Below are positions 27,250 to 41,408 of a stretch of 64,000 bases of DNA, piece after piece. The notes beneath the pieces are model-generated. The model was given only the letters and a program-made list of their open reading frames with translations, was not told the DNA's origin and searched no databases. The position numbers and the translations under genes were made by a program. How positions within the stretch are numbered: the stretch's first letter is position 1; every line of letters starts with the position of its first letter. The DNA is from Eledone cirrhosa (Eukaryota), in NCBI GenBank assembly GCA_964016885.1, contig OZ024743.1, positions 221,278,001-221,342,000 on the forward strand, given 5' to 3'.

Positions 27250-28650
27250 CGCAAAATACAGTTATATTAGGTTCATTCTTGTAGGAAATGGAGGGGAGTT
27301 TGATTTTCGGACAGAAGTCCGTCATCCTTGGCCAGTTATATTCAATAGGAGTTAGCGCTAAGATGGCGTTTAAGCATAATAGAGGTGCATATGCAAATTA
27401 TCACTACCAGCCGCTGTTGGGAAGTTTTATGTATTCCAGTCTTCAGGTTAAACGTTACATCTATAGGTTTTACCATTTTAGTATTAACATCTATAGTTAT
27501 AGTTAGGTGATAATTATTTCAAAACAAAAATGTGGCCGTTTCTTAAATCTCTCTAGGTTACTCTGATTACAATTAATCGTAAAGAGGTCATCGTCGGGAT
27601 AGAGACCTCCGTTCAAGAAGGAGAGAAACCTTCCTAATCCTCTCATGAGAAAAGGACCTGCTAAATCAGTGACGTGGGCTGTTTCTGGTCTAGAGACTAC
27701 CATCAAATTCGATTAGAATTTTTCTAGATGAAAGGATGATATAAATTTCGAATGTTGTTAAGTCACTTCAAATTTTAGACATTATGTTTTATTTAATGTT
27801 ATATTTAAAGGTATCGGAGAGATCGAAGAACAATAGCTATCAATATGAAATTTAGAAATTTGAGGATATTTTTATCATTTCAACTATTAAACTAATTTAT
27901 AACGTCATCCATGTTATCCCATAATTCGAATTCTATTTTTTGTTTAATTGTAGGTTTAACACATTTTTTTAACTTATGTTATCGATGTCAGAAGTAGAGG
28001 GGCAGATAAATTAGATGAAGGTATTTTTTTTTTATTTAAAGCGAGTTTATGGTCTTTTAAAGTGAACCTGGGAGTCTCTGATTTGTAAGGTTCAGTGTAT
28101 GTATCAAGTTCTAATTTCTTAATTATATCATTACAATCTTTATCAATATCATTCAAATTGCTAATGGTTTGTTTTGTTTTATAATTTCTGTACAATTTGT
28201 TATAGATAAAACAGTTTTAATTTTGGAAAACTAAAGTATAAATATCTTTAGTATTATCTGCTAGAACCAGTATATTATTATGTTGTTGTTTTTAAATATA
28301 ATATAAAAAAGATCAATTCTTTTAGGAGAGAAATCGTATGAATATGTGGTTTCTTAATTGTAATGTTCTTAATGATGTTGATCAAGTCATTAAGTCTTCC
28401 TCATAACTATCCAACAAGATATTATCTGGCGAGTTCAGGTAAATTTTATATCCATACGGATTTGAAAATGATGTGCACTTAGGTGGGTGGTTTCATTACA
28501 TTTTCCTTGACATAGGTTTTCTATCTTACTCTTCCTACAAATGAGTTAACACTATTCACAAGAGGTTTCAAGTAAGTTTCAATTTCTGGGATTGGTATAT
28601 TTATATTTTTCAGGTACATTGGTAAAAAAATCCTTGGTTAGCATCTTGAC
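27250..28650 (-). pseudogene. Highly decayed Penelope-like RT relic
   Basis: Minus-strand peptides PRFTLKDHK (27974-28195), VTDLAGPFL...GLYPDDDL (YRDDGL-type motif C; 27503-27706) and VKPIDVTFNLKTG thumb motif. Confidence 0.75.
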
Positions 28651-28726
28651 AAAAGGAAGAATGTTCAGCTCAACAAAAGGGGCATATGTATATATACGTA
28701 TGACCCTTTTACACGTATATATATAC

Positions 28727-28808
<82 letters not shown>

Positions 28809-28859
28809 GGTAAACAGAAATAACACATTCAGTACAGTATATGGAAGGAATATATTAGG

Positions 28860-29110
28860 TTAACGCTATGTCTTTGAGCAACATATATTTCACATTGATC
28901 CAGTCCCTCCAGCTGGAAGAATTGTGCTCTATCTGTAATTCAAAGTGCACACCCTGTCACATAGTATGTTATGCTGAATCGCTTTAAATAACTATGTTGA
29001 CAGTACACGTGTCAGTTGATTGTTCAACCCCTTGCACATTAATTTCACAAGCCTGCTGGGTTTTTTTTTATCAAACAACTGGATTGCTGGTAGTCGGTAC
29101 CGACTAAGTT
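28860..29110 (+). mobile_element. S2 SINE body
   Basis: TGTCTTTGAGCAACATATATTTCACATTGATCCAGTCC...GCTGAATCGC...TGCACATTAATTTCACAAGC, colinear with 41165-41406. Confidence 0.6.
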
Positions 29111-29520
29111 CCAACATTATATATGGAAATAAAGGAATTTCTTATCAGTTTAACAATGAGTGGACTTGTTACTATCTAAGAACTATTTGTGAAGAAACGT
29201 GGAAAACAACAGGTGTAAGGGATACGAAAGATTCTCTAAACAGAATATAAAACATTCTGTGCGGCATTACAAATCCGTTGATAAGAGATTACAACATGGG
29301 GTGGTATGACTGATCCTATATTACTGCTGTGTATTGATAACAGATTTATGAAACTGGAAAAAATGGCAGTGAATAAATATGTTTAGAAAACAGCCAATTG
29401 ATTTATAATAGGTTATATTTCTCGATGAATATATCAAAGGGATAGAAAATAAGAGGTAATGGATTGAATACTTATTAGATAAATTTCTTGTAGAACAATT
29501 GATGGATAACGGATTAAACC
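29110..29520 (+). pseudogene. Possible decayed PLE GIY-YIG C-terminus
   Basis: ICEETWKT (YIGETG-like) and MNISKG-like C-terminal motif; heavily mutated. Confidence 0.35.
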
Positions 29521-29769
29521 GAGAGGCGGACATGACTAGGTCATCAGAAATCCATGAATCATGGTTGTAAAGACAAAATGGATGGTTTGAAATATAGAAT
29601 ATTGATAGATAACAGGACGAGATGGAATTGAGGAATTTAATCTAAGCCATCTGTAATCGATAAGTTAATGATTTCCAACTGAAAATAACCACGTCCGCAA
29701 TAGAAAGGAAAACAAGCTGTCAGTAAAAATCAAATATTCACTCATCAATACTCAACAACCAAGATGACG

Positions 29770-29885
29770 TCACGTGGCTTAGTGGTTACGGTTTGGGACT
29801 CACGATCATAAGGGTATAGGTTTTATTCTTGGGCTTGGCGCTGCGTTCTGTTCTTGAGCAACACATTTAATTTCACATTGCTTTT
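29770..29885 (+). mobile_element. S2 SINE tRNA-like head
   Basis: CGTGGCTTAGTGGTTA A-box ... GTTCTTGAGCAACACATTTAATTTCACATTGCT. Confidence 0.6.
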
Positions 29886-30464
29886 CAGAATTGGGGCCAC
29901 AGACAAAACTCCTATGAGATATAACCTTATACGTAGCCAGCTAATCCTGCGCAGGTGTGAGCTGTAAGTTCTATTTTTTCTCAACCGCAGCCCCACAGAC
30001 ATGCTCTTTATCCCCTTCGTCTCTTCTACTGACACTATTATAATCTCTGTGACTCTGAATGAACATGATAGCAAAAGATGCTTCTATTTAATCCCATGTT
30101 AAACATCCATATCTAAGTTACCCATTCTTTTCATTACATCTAACCTCCCTCCAGGCCATATCCCTAAAATCCGTCTTTCCCCATAAGTGTAATCCTCTGA
30201 AATTCCTTCTGCGTCCTTTTCTTTTTCCTGCTTGCCTTAACCTGCTGAGATCAAAATAAAGCCAGAAACGTATCGATTTCAGTAGATTTGAAGAGGCCCC
30301 ATGGGTCATGGCATTGGTTCTTCCAATGAGAAACTAATAACAAGTATATTATTAATAACGACAAACTGATGAGACGCATATTATTATATCAGAATGGGTT
30401 AATAAATGCTTTCTCCGTGCATGTTTGTCTTTCGTCGTCATATCAATACAAGGTGACACGTTAT

Positions 30465-31132
30465 ATTCCACGCTGTTGTGATCGAGGACTTTCCTGTACA
30501 TACAGAGAGAACCATCAAAGCTAACAGACCGAATATTATTGCAAAAGACCAAAACAACAATGTATGCTTAATGATTGATATGAGCATCCTATGTGATCAA
30601 AATATTGCAGCAAAAAAATGTGATAAGCTCAGAAAATATAAAGAGTTACGGATTGAAACAGAAAAATGTGGCATCTCAAGGCTGTCACAATATTAATAAT
30701 TTTAGCAGCAGTAAGAATGTTCAAAGAAGGAACAGAAAATTATTTTAGAATGATCTTTGGCTTACCATCATTACAGGAATTGAAGAGATAATTAACTTGT
30801 ACGGCACACATATTCAGAAAAGCACTATCACTGTGAGAATGATAATTATCTATTTATGTTTTTTACTTTTCTTTATTAGATTATACTCCATAATAATGTA
30901 ATTTGTAAATAACATTCTGATGTAAATATGATTTTAAACATGTAATGCGCACATGTATAATGCAAAGGATATACTTCTAACTGTGTAAAGTGCATGATGT
31001 TAACAATCTGGAGTGTTTATTTAGTAGCTTATCAATGTATACATTGAATTTCTCTGGCCTAGGTGTCCGATCACACTCAGCATGAAATGGAAACAAAACT
31101 GAAGGAAGAGGAAAAACACAAACAATAATAAT
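30465..31132 (+). pseudogene. 3' end of an R4/Dong-like RLE retrotransposon with 3' UTR ending in (AAT)n
   Basis: DFPVHTERTIKANRPNIIAKDQNNNVCLMIDMSILCDQNIAAKKCDKLRKYKELRIE (RPD-like...D...K..KY) then, after a frameshift, ...TAHIFRKALSL*; ends at CAATAATAAT. Confidence 0.85.
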
Positions 31133-31134
31133 CA

Positions 31135-31550
31135 TCATAATTTTTATTATAGGCACAAGGCCAGCAATTTAGGGGGAGAGGTAATTCGATTAAATCAACC
31201 CCAGTGCATTACTGGTACTTTATTTTATCGACCCTGTAAGGATGAAAGACAAAACTAACCTCGACGGGATTTGAACTCAGAACGCCTAGGGCCATAATTC
31301 GCTAAGCTTGTTGTTCGACGCTCTACCGATTCTGCCAATCCACCATCCTCAACAATAATAATTGTTTCTACATTTGGCACAAGGCCAGCAATTACTCCAG
31401 TGTATTACTGGTACTTTATTTTATCGACCCCGTAAGGATGAAAGGCAAAGTTAACCTCGGCGGGATTTGAACTCAGTCCGTAAAGGGATGTAACTGTGCT
31501 GCAAATCATGGCGTCCAACCCTCTACCGACACTGCCAATCCACCATCCTC
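31135..31550 (-). mobile_element. Tandem pair of S1 SINEs (long and short variant) in an (AAT)n tail
   Basis: Two complete copies with A/B boxes and core, separated and flanked by AACAATAATAAT. Confidence 0.85.
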
Positions 31551-32371
31551 AACAATAATAATAATAACAATACCAATAATGATAATGACATTTACTTTTG
31601 GGTTTTAACAATAATTCCAGTTCTTCAACACCTACACTAATATTCTTCAACCATTCCTAACTATATTGGATTCTACAATCAATAATTTCAATTATTAAGC
31701 TATATATCACTGTTCCTTTTTCTCCCCCTCTCTCCTCCCCTCTCTCTCTCTCTCTCCCTCGTTCTTGTTCTTTGTATAAATATAATAAAAACAAAATAAA
31801 ATCATAATACCTTGTTTTATTTTCAGCTTTTCTATAAAAAAAGATCTTTTCTATCCCTCTCTCCCTTGTATTTTTTTTGTTTTTTGTTTTGTTAAAGATT
31901 TATTTTTTGTTAATCTCATTTCATATATTTTATTTATTTATATTTATTTATATTTTATTTTTAAGATTTTTAGCATCCATGTCGTATTTGAACAGTTTTC
32001 GAAATTATAGGAATTATCAATAATAGAAGGTAGTTATTGAAAATGGAAAGCGAAATTACACATTAAGCCTTTCAACGTGTTCAAGTAAGAATATTTAGGA
32101 AGACATTTTCATAGAATTGTTTTTGAATCAGTTGTTATTGCAACTTTCTTTGTTTTCCATATACTTTTTTTAATATTCATTAACTATTAAGATATTTTGT
32201 TGAAAATATTTCAATTGAAGGTTTTTACGTCCGTATGTTGCGTGTTGATTTCATTTTGCACATATTCCTACGAATTAAAAAAAAAAAAACGTAATTGATT
32301 CCATAGGTGATTGATTATATGATCATAAAAACATATTGCATGAAGATATTAAGGGATCACCTAGTTCAATC

Positions 32372-32565
32372 TAAGAGGGTCGGCTGAAAGGTTCATAAGC
32401 TGACCAAGATACTCTCATGGAATGAACAAATGAGGTTTATTTTTCAACATAGTCCATAGAAAGAAATACTGCAGTTATTAATTTGAAATTAATGCATGCT
32501 AGATTTCACAGCACTAGCATCCCTCATTCAGAGTCAGCCTATGTACCTTTCAACCTAGCCTTGTA
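32372..32565 (-). mobile_element. Mariner-type MITE, copy 3
   Basis: TAAGAGGGTCGGCTGAAAGGTTCATAAGCTGA ... TCAGCCTATGTACCTTTCAACCTAGCCTTGTA; interior is the reverse complement of copies 1 and 2. Confidence 0.75.
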
Positions 32566-33165
32566 TGTGTTCCAGAAGGAGCTGGAAATGAAGAAATTAC
32601 TTATAAAGGCCTTGAGATTATCTCAAATATTTATATTTCCAAAGGATATACAGATCGTTTGATCGGACCAAGAAAACAATGTTTCCATTGACTTTTCCAT
32701 TGTTGATATTATCTGTCGGACGCAACACCTGGCTGAATGGGTCGGAATCCGAATTGACGAGACACAGACCTAGATCAGAAACTGCAGCCATCCTGTCCGA
32801 CTCTTTGAAAATTTCACTAATACAATCTCCATTGGACGGGTACGTTATTTATTAACACCGAAATGAAGAAAGGTAAAGTTATTTACTTCGTCGGGGTATG
32901 AACACAGAGCGGAGAGGAACTGAACAAAGTTCGATGGCGTACAAACTCAGCTAATCAGCAGTCAAAACAGAAAATTAGTTAAAACCTACCAATGTATTAT
33001 TATTATTTTTCATCCTAATGGGGTCGAGAAAATAAAGTAGCAGTAATACACTGGATTAATTGGTGGCCTTGTGCCAAATGTAGAAACAATTATTTAACAG
33101 TAACATTAACACAAATGGTTCAGAATAGAGATGTATGCGGAAACTTATATAATGTGTGTACGTGA

Positions 33166-33261
<96 letters not shown>

Positions 33262-34004
33262 ATTTGGCACATCTTCCTATCCTACATTTCTTTTTTCAAA
33301 ACCTTAACTAAATCCAATGACGGTTGTTGGTATAATCATAAAAGATTATAGGCTGAAGAATTGCGAGACTGCCTTGTTTAATCTTTGTGTTCTACCTTTA
33401 CAACACTGTACAAAAGCAAGAGATCTTAATCTTAAAATATCCTGAAATATAAGATAAATGAGTAAACAGTTGTTTTCTCTCTTTCTTATTTTACCCTTGT
33501 TTTCACTCTTGTATATCTAATTTGCATTGTACCAGTTTTTCCCAAGCCAATCCTAACCACATATGTTACAAAAAGTAATAATCATTTACTAATTAAGGAT
33601 GTGTAACACTGACACAAAACCCCTTGTATTAGTTTTTGTTATATCACTGTGTAGTCAGAGAAAAAAGATCAGTACCTGTGAATTTTTGTTATTATTTGAA
33701 TTCATATTTTTAAACATCCTCGGTAACTCTGTTAAAGGTACTGTAGAACCAACAGGTAATTTTCTTACAGCGGACGAAAGAATACGATTACCCCGACATC
33801 CGAACAGCTTAGAACATAATACATCCACAACAACTACCATAAATCGTCACGCCCGATGCTCTAACAATTCCTGTAATCCATGGCCATGGATTGATACTAT
33901 ATTTTATCTACCGCGGATAGATGAAAGACAGAATTGACCTCGATGAGGTTTGACCTCAGAACTTAAAAGAGTCGCAACCACAAAACAACGCTACCAATAA
34001 GGCT

Positions 34005-34321
34005 GCAGCCGTTTCGTCTCTCTACGCTCAAATGACGCAACTTGTATTGGTATAAGCATAATGGTATTATTTATTGAAAAAGAAGCGAAATTGCTTTCGG
34101 CTGCAAGAAACAAGAATACTGAGACATGAAAGCTAAACTTTCAGGCAAACAAACAGAAGACATATTATATTAATCTGAAGAGTTATGTCTACTTAGGCTA
34201 TATACTACATACACTACACTTACAGAAAAGAGAATGTTTTCATCATTTAAATCAATAAGATGGTTGGTTTGGCGCGAGGAATATGTAAGTAAACAATATG
34301 ATACCAAATGTATTAAGTGAT
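34005..34321 (+). pseudogene. Decayed PLE 3' end (C-terminal motif and pLTR remnant)
   Basis: AGAAGCGAAATTGCTTTCGGCTGC = RSEIAFGC, resembling the LNKRSE...CRH PLE C-terminus; CTGAAGA at 34175; ends in (TA)n. Confidence 0.4.
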
Positions 34322-34322
34322 T

Positions 34323-34375
<53 letters not shown>

Positions 34376-34406
34376 CACTTAATACACTTGGTATTATATA
34401 TATATA

Positions 34407-34539
<133 letters not shown>

Positions 34540-34589
34540 GCAAAAGTTTTATTTAAAATTGTTGGGTTACATATATATATATATATATA

Positions 34590-34657
<68 letters not shown>

Positions 34658-34723
34658 TAAATATATATATATATATATTCATAAATCATATATATATATA
34701 TATGTATTAACTGATTTGATATA

Positions 34724-34987
<264 letters not shown>

Positions 34988-35013
34988 TAAATTATATATA
35001 TATATATATATTC

Positions 35014-35062
<49 letters not shown>

Positions 35063-35440
35063 TATGTAAAAATATATATATGTGTGTGTGTTTCAGTGTA
35101 TGTATACGTGTGCGCATATGATTTATATATATACACATTATACCTGTGTATGTGTGCTATTTCCTTTGTATGTATGCGCGTGGTCATATATATTTATATA
35201 TAAAACGGAGGTAAAATCTTGATGATGATGATATATACCAATATATATTTATACATATGCGCACACACATAACACTGTATATATGTGTGTAGGTGTGTGT
35301 GTATGTCTATGATATACATACATAGGAATTACTGTTGACATAAAAGAGAATACTTGAGTGTCCATAGCTCGTAATTCTTACTGCATCCTTATTACAGACA
35401 TCTCCACATGGAATATATTTCAAAATATAAAATATATCCA

Positions 35441-35513
<73 letters not shown>

Positions 35514-36066
35514 TACGTATATATATATATATATATTATATGTATGTATATATGTAGAATATAGAATATAGAATATATATGCGAATGAAATAGGTGATAG
35601 TGGCAGTCGCAGTGGTTTACCAGACTTACTGCCTTCAAGAATATATTAAATAGTTGTCTGGAATTGTATGCTGTTACACACAATAATAACTTATGTGAAT
35701 TGCTTCTCTAATATGTTAAAGATATTTGTCTATAATCTTTAAATTAAACATATTAATACATAATCTATTATAATGGATTTTTTCATTGTTTTCTTGTTTC
35801 AGTCATTGGACTACGGCAATGTAGGAGCACCATATTGACGAACTTAATTTATCATTGTCGACACAGGGTATTTATTCTTTTAGTGACAGGTACTTATTTA
35901 TTTTATCCATCTTATATTGACGAATTCCAAATTTAAAGGATACAAATAAACAGTAAATGCAGGCACAGACACAGACAAGCATGCACGGAGACCAAACACG
36001 CACATGTACACAGACAAACACAGGCATACATATACACACATACTTACATATACACACATAAAAACA

Positions 36067-36113
<47 letters not shown>

Positions 36114-36126
36114 TTATTTATAAATT

Positions 36127-36776
36127 TTGAGTACATGTTGGTTGTATACCAACACCTCAGTATGCAGATTGGAGCACTCGACAAAGTGCGCAGGTTGGTG
36201 TGGTTAATCCGGAGTAATGTAAAATAAAATAAAATAAATAAGTAAAATGTTTAAAATTTGCCTTCGTTTATTACTGCTGTATATGCGAAGCCAAATTTTA
36301 AACATTTGACTTATTTATTTTATTTTATTTTATATTTATTTATGTATATATATATGTAGAATAATTAAGTCAAATATGTAACATTTGGCTTCGTTCATTA
36401 TAAATTATAGATATACTGCTATATATATTTCGGTGACAGCCATCATTGGCTGTGAATCATATGATTCCAGATCCTCAGAGTAATAACAACGCAACTAGGA
36501 GCTGGACATATCGGAGTATTGACGGAGTAAAACACACTTCAAGAACATGTGTACCTGTCTCTACCACACCAATTCTGAAGAGGTCAGAGCCAATGATGGC
36601 TGTCACCGAATTATATATAGCAGTATATCTATAACTTATAATAAATGAAGCCAAATTTTACATATTTGACTTAATTATTTTACATTACTCAGGAGTAAAC
36701 AAACCAACCTGCGTACTTCCTCGAGTGCTCCAATCTGCATACTGAGGTGTCGGTAAACAACCAACATATACTCAAT
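36127..36776. mobile_element. ~650-bp nested palindromic PLE pLTR insertion (family B) between (TA)n tracts, with hammerhead motifs on both strands
   Basis: 36127-36230 is the reverse complement of 36672-36776, and 36360-36455 of 36585-36680; inner hairpin 36235-36330; CTGAAGA..GAAT-TATATATA-GCAG (+, 36575-36625) and CTGAGGA...GAAA-TATATA-TA-GCAG (-, 36415-36478). Confidence 0.8.
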
Positions 36777-36904
36777 ATATATATATATATATATATACAC
36801 ACAAATAAAAGGCAGAGTTAATAACTCATTCTGATACCCTGTAATTAACAAGCTCAAAGTATAAATACTGAGCTTTTCAATAATATATGTAGTAATAAAC
36901 ACAT

Positions 36905-37087
36905 AGATTGGCAGTATCGGTAGAGAGTCGGACGCCATGCTTTCCAGCATAGTTACGTCCCTTTACGGTCTGAGTTCAAATCCCGCCGAGGTTAACTTTG
37001 CCTTTCATCCTTACTGGGTCGATAAAATAAAGTACCAGCAATGTACTGAGTTATTGCTGGCCTTGTGCCAAAAGTAGAAACAATTAT
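36905..37087 (+). mobile_element. S1 tRNA-derived SINE, near full length
   Basis: A-box TGGCAGTATCGG, B-box GAGTTCAAATCC, central GCCTTTCATCCTT..GGTCGATAAAATAAAGTACCAG (resembles the Meta-domain SINE core), tail GCTGGCCTTGTGCCAAAAGTAGAAACAATTA. Confidence 0.88.
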
Positions 37088-37120
37088 ATCTCTCTCTCTC
37101 TAACACACTCTCTCTCTCTC

Positions 37121-37172
<52 letters not shown>

Positions 37173-37264
37173 TGTAAGTAAACTTCTTTTTCCTTAAACG
37201 TAATCTTTGGACCTCTTTCATCTCTATCACATTAATATACACACACACACACACATACACATAC

Positions 37265-37301
<37 letters not shown>

Positions 37302-37404
37302 TAGTATAATCACCCTGGCTTTTAAAATAAATTTCTCGATGTTGCTGTTATTATCACCTCTCTTGATTCCCTCACTCCTTCTCTCTCTCTCTCGCTGTCA
37401 CTCT

Positions 37405-37449
<45 letters not shown>

Positions 37450-37456
<7 letters not shown>

Positions 37457-37688
37457 ATACTTGGGGAGGGTCATATCTGTATGTTTAATCGTTGGTCAAT
37501 CAATGATAAACATTGATTGCCAAATAAATTAACTATGGAGATATAAAAGATACAGAAGCGAAAACCAACCAAACAGTGAGTGTGTTCTGTTATTATTTCT
37601 GGCAACATTATTACAACAATATGACCCTCCCCAAGTATAACAATATTTGTTTCGACGCACGATTTCATATCAAAATCTTTCAAAACAA

Positions 37689-37692
<4 letters not shown>
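37450..37692 (+). mobile_element. Miniature copy of the large PLE: 3' pLTR plus short inverted 5' arm, in (TA)n
   Basis: 37538-37632 matches 58898-58988; 37450-37477 is the reverse complement of 37619-37645; 37640-37690 is the reverse complement of 54940-54990. Confidence 0.85.
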
Positions 37693-37774
<82 letters not shown>

Positions 37775-37906
37775 TTGAGTATGTGTTGGATATACTTTCA
37801 GTTCCTTAGAGGACTTAAACAACACTCTGGATCTGAGCATATCAATGGATTAACAAGGTAACATCTATTACAACATTATGTTTTCCTGTTTTTTCTGTTC
37901 AAGTTC

Positions 37907-37970
37907 TTACTGCATGATGAGGTCTTAGCTGTTGAATAATGGCTATCACTGAAATATATATACCAGCGAA
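37907..37970 (+). ncRNA. Degenerate hammerhead, same family as 25932 and 36575
   Basis: TTACTGC-ATGATGA-GGTCTTAGCTGTT..AATGGCTATCACT-GAAA-TATATA-TA-CCAGCG; C3 to A. Confidence 0.7.
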
Positions 37971-39657
37971 TATGAATAAACAAAGTTAATTTTAACCTGT
38001 TGACTTACACTTGTTTATATATATATATAGATATATATATATATATGACACACACATATACATGCATACACGCATATACGTACACACACTCTTACTGCGC
38101 CCTTTCCACCATGATCGACTATTTACACGAAATGCACAATAGCTTTAATATAATAGATAGATATAAATAAAAAGGAAACAACACGAGATCCCAACATCAT
38201 CCAAGGCAATTCAAGAAAGGAACATGCAACATACAGATTAATGTTAACCTGAAGCTAATATGCAACGAATTTTGACGCCTAGATAAGGGAGAAAAAAGAG
38301 GCGAAACCAGCTAGAAATGCTTTCTAAAACTTGTATGTTTATCTTGAATACTTTACCTTTCAACACACATGAAACTTGTTTAAATCAACCTTAACTCGAT
38401 ATAATATACGAATTAGTAGTGTCGATTGGCTCTGAATTCACATCCTGCACATGCCAGCTTGGGGTCCATGTTATAACGTACCAATAAAGTAATAGGTAAA
38501 AGTAAGAATTTGTTGTTTACTTGAAACATTGTATGTGGTATAAAGAATTCGAAGTTTGAAAGCCACGACAATGAGAATTGGACAGAAAATAATCAAGTCG
38601 CAAGAAACAAGGCGTGTTTTATTACATTGATATATTCTTATGTCCTGATATTTCGAGATTAATATCTCTTCTTGCGAGGAAAATAAAGGAACTATTCCAG
38701 TGACCGATTTGGATTGCTATAACATGCTAGCCGGAAGTGGTTCTACTATTTTTTTCTCTCCAACCTCTTTTGTTTTAAAATTCAGGTCTGGACAGAGTTA
38801 TTTCCTTTTAAATCCTGTCGCGCAAAAATCTCCAGACTGACATCATTACTCTACACATTTATTGAGTTCTCTTTTTCATTGAAATAGTCGTGTAAAGTGC
38901 ACTATTTTTATCTATTTATATATATATATTATACATGTATATAAATATGTGTGTGAGTGTGAGTGGCTGGGTGAGTATGTGTGTGTGTGCTTGTGTGTGT
39001 GTGTGTGTGCGTGTATTTATAATAAGTTAACCATCTTTAACAGCATGTAAGGAAGATGTTTCATTGAGATGGAATAAATATGCTGGAAACGAGCAAAAGT
39101 AAGAAATAGATCAAGAATGAATAAAAGACACAAAAAGAAGCCAAAACAAAATAAAACAAAACATGTTAAAATTCAGTTTGCATTAACTTACATTTCAATA
39201 CCTGTAGATATTGATTAGAAACAAGGGTTGGCAAATAAGAATAAGACAATAACAACAACAACCACAACAAATATTCAATAAAAATAGCAATAATAATAAT
39301 AATAGTAGCAACAACAATAACAACGTTAACATTAAATGAAGACGAAACAAAAATATAACAGAAGTTTTACATCATCGACTTCTAACCTAAGGCGAACCAC
39401 AAGCCCTGTGTTCTATAACGACTTGAAACAAGTTTTCACTAGTTTTCACAATCACACAAGCAGCCTCTTCTATTTTTCTATTTTTGTTTCTAATTTGATT
39501 GCCTCCACTTTTACATTATATTTGTGTATTACACAAATCTAATTATTTCCTTACTGAATTACTCACATGAACTTTGGGGGGGATGTTTTGTTGCTCGATT
39601 TAGGTAAATAATAATAACAACCAACAGCAATCAGACAGTTAATAACAGCAAAACAGA

Positions 39658-39723
<66 letters not shown>

Positions 39724-40069
39724 TCTCTCTCTCTCTCTCACTCTCTCTCTCTCGCTCGCTCGCTCTCGCTCTCTCTCTCCCTATATATATACATATATAT
39801 ATATAAAGAGAGATAGAGAGGGGGGAGATAGATAGATAGAGAGAGAGAGAGAAAGAGAAAAAAAGAGAGAGAGAGACAGATAGATAGAGAGAGAGGTCAT
39901 TGTCTGTCTAAGTGCCAGTCCACTGCTGTTGCAGAAACGTCAGTTGCTATAAATTAAGTATCGCACGATATTCGTAACATGTGAAATGTGAAATTGCATC
40001 GGCTTCAGCTTAAAATACAATACTGACCAAAATGCAAAGTTCGCTTTTTAAGCAATTAACTACCCAGTC

Positions 40070-40122
<53 letters not shown>

Positions 40123-40307
40123 CATTATAAAGAAAGAAGAATCATTAGACACAAAGAAAAATATTATAAATACCCAATATTCCTCTATATTCTCGACTGC
40201 GCAGTTTCGTGGCTACTTTGCAAAAACATTACATTATAGAGATGCAGTATTTCTGTGAGGTTTGCCAACTTATCAAGAGAATACCTCATTTACAGTTTCA
40301 AAATACG

Positions 40308-40380
<73 letters not shown>

Positions 40381-40406
40381 AGGGAGTGTAACGTGTAGTT
40401 ACTGTA

Positions 40407-40506
40407 GATTCACTCAGAGGTGCGACGAGCTTTTGATTCCAGAGCGGGCCAGATCGATATAGATCGAACCTTGTGCTGATCAATAGCGAAACACGCGTCA
40501 CCAATC
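40407..40506 (+). ncRNA. Degenerate hammerhead with long stem II
   Basis: GGT-GCGACGA-GCTTTTGATT...GATCAATAGC-GAAA-CACGCG-TC|ACC; core CU mutated to GC; element starts at (TA)n with CCAGGGAGTGTAACGTG, also seen at 50101-50127. Confidence 0.6.
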
Positions 40507-40540
40507 AATAAACGTAATGAAGGCTTAAGAAATCGTCTTT

Positions 40541-40725
40541 GTAGAACTGGCAGTATCGGTCGAGGATCGGACGCCATGCTTTGACGCAAAGAGTTACGGC
40601 CCTTTATGGTCTGAGTTCAAATCACGCCGAGGTTAACTTTGCCTTTCATCCTTACGGGGTCGATAAATAAGGTACCAGAAATACACTGGGATAATTGCCG
40701 GCCTTGTGCCAAAAGTAGAAACAAT

Positions 40726-40727
<2 letters not shown>
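40541..40727 (+). mobile_element. S1 SINE
   Basis: A-box, B-box, core and tail as at 36905-37087. Confidence 0.88.
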
Positions 40728-40773
<46 letters not shown>

Positions 40774-40776
40774 TAT

Positions 40777-40963
40777 AATGAAGGAAGTGTGGTAAGGAAC
40801 CAGATGGACCATAACGCACCAGAGTACTCAATACTTAGGGTAGTAGCGTGGGTAATAGGACAAATTTGACCCCGAAGGCAGAGCTCAAGCCGTTTCAACG
40901 GAGTCTTGAAATAGCCGTCGAAATGGCTTGAGCTCTGCTGTCGGGGTCAAACATTTTCCTATA
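40777..40963 (-). mobile_element. Fold-back family A element in (TA)n
   Basis: Conserved tail plus arms ATAGGACAAATTTGACCCCGAAGGCAGAGCTCAAGCCGTTTCAACGG / CCGTCGAAATGGCTTGAGCTCTGCTGTCGGGGTCAAACATTTTCCTAT. Confidence 0.85.
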
Positions 40964-41149
40964 TATATATTGTAATTTTGCTTTATACTCACTAACGGTT
41001 GAGCAAATAATTAGGCTGCCATAGACTGCTTCATCTAGCAGCTCTGTTACTCGCCAATAGTCTAACTGACCTTCTTGGTGACCATAAACCGAGTGATATT
41101 TTTCTCTTTCAAAAATGTCAGTGGCAACGATCAGTTGGAAGAGTTTTTT

Positions 41150-41408
41150 TCTTAGATTGAAGACGCGTGTCTTTGTGGTTAGGGCATTCGGCTGCTCCTG
41201 TCCACTCAGCTGGCAGAAATGAGTTGTACCTGGAATTCGATTCGAAGAAGCCGCCGTGACATTCTGTGTCACGCTGAATCTCCCTGAGAAATAAGTTAAG
41301 GGTACGCGTGTCTAGGGAATGCTCAGACACTTGCGCGTTAATTCCACGAGCAGGCTGTTCCGTTGATTGTATCAACTAGAACACTCGTCGTCGTAACTGA
41401 CGGAGTAT
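41150..41408 (+). mobile_element. S2 SINE body and 3' end
   Basis: GCTCCTGTCCACTCAGCTGGCAGAAATGAGT...CTGAATCTCCCTGAGAA...CTCGTCGTCGTAACTGACGGAGT, repeated at 28860, 59340 and 63080. Confidence 0.7.

Noticed and set aside
27212-27260. Hammerhead-like CTGAAGA-ATATACATATAT-GAAA-TACAC-TC
   Set aside because: Stem I does not pair, stem III is not palindromic, and it is antisense to the adjacent PLE relic; probably chance.
29505-29556. Minus-strand CTGATGA with a stem-I-like pairing
   Set aside because: There is no GAAA...UH segment.
31950-32330. Possible further PLE relics (also 4480-4860, 38400-38650, 53040-53420)
   Set aside because: Only faint motif resemblance by eye; tBLASTn against PLE proteins would be needed.
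36905-36990. Functional tRNA gene (A and B boxes)
   Set aside because: There is no cloverleaf, and the boxes continue into a multi-copy SINE body.
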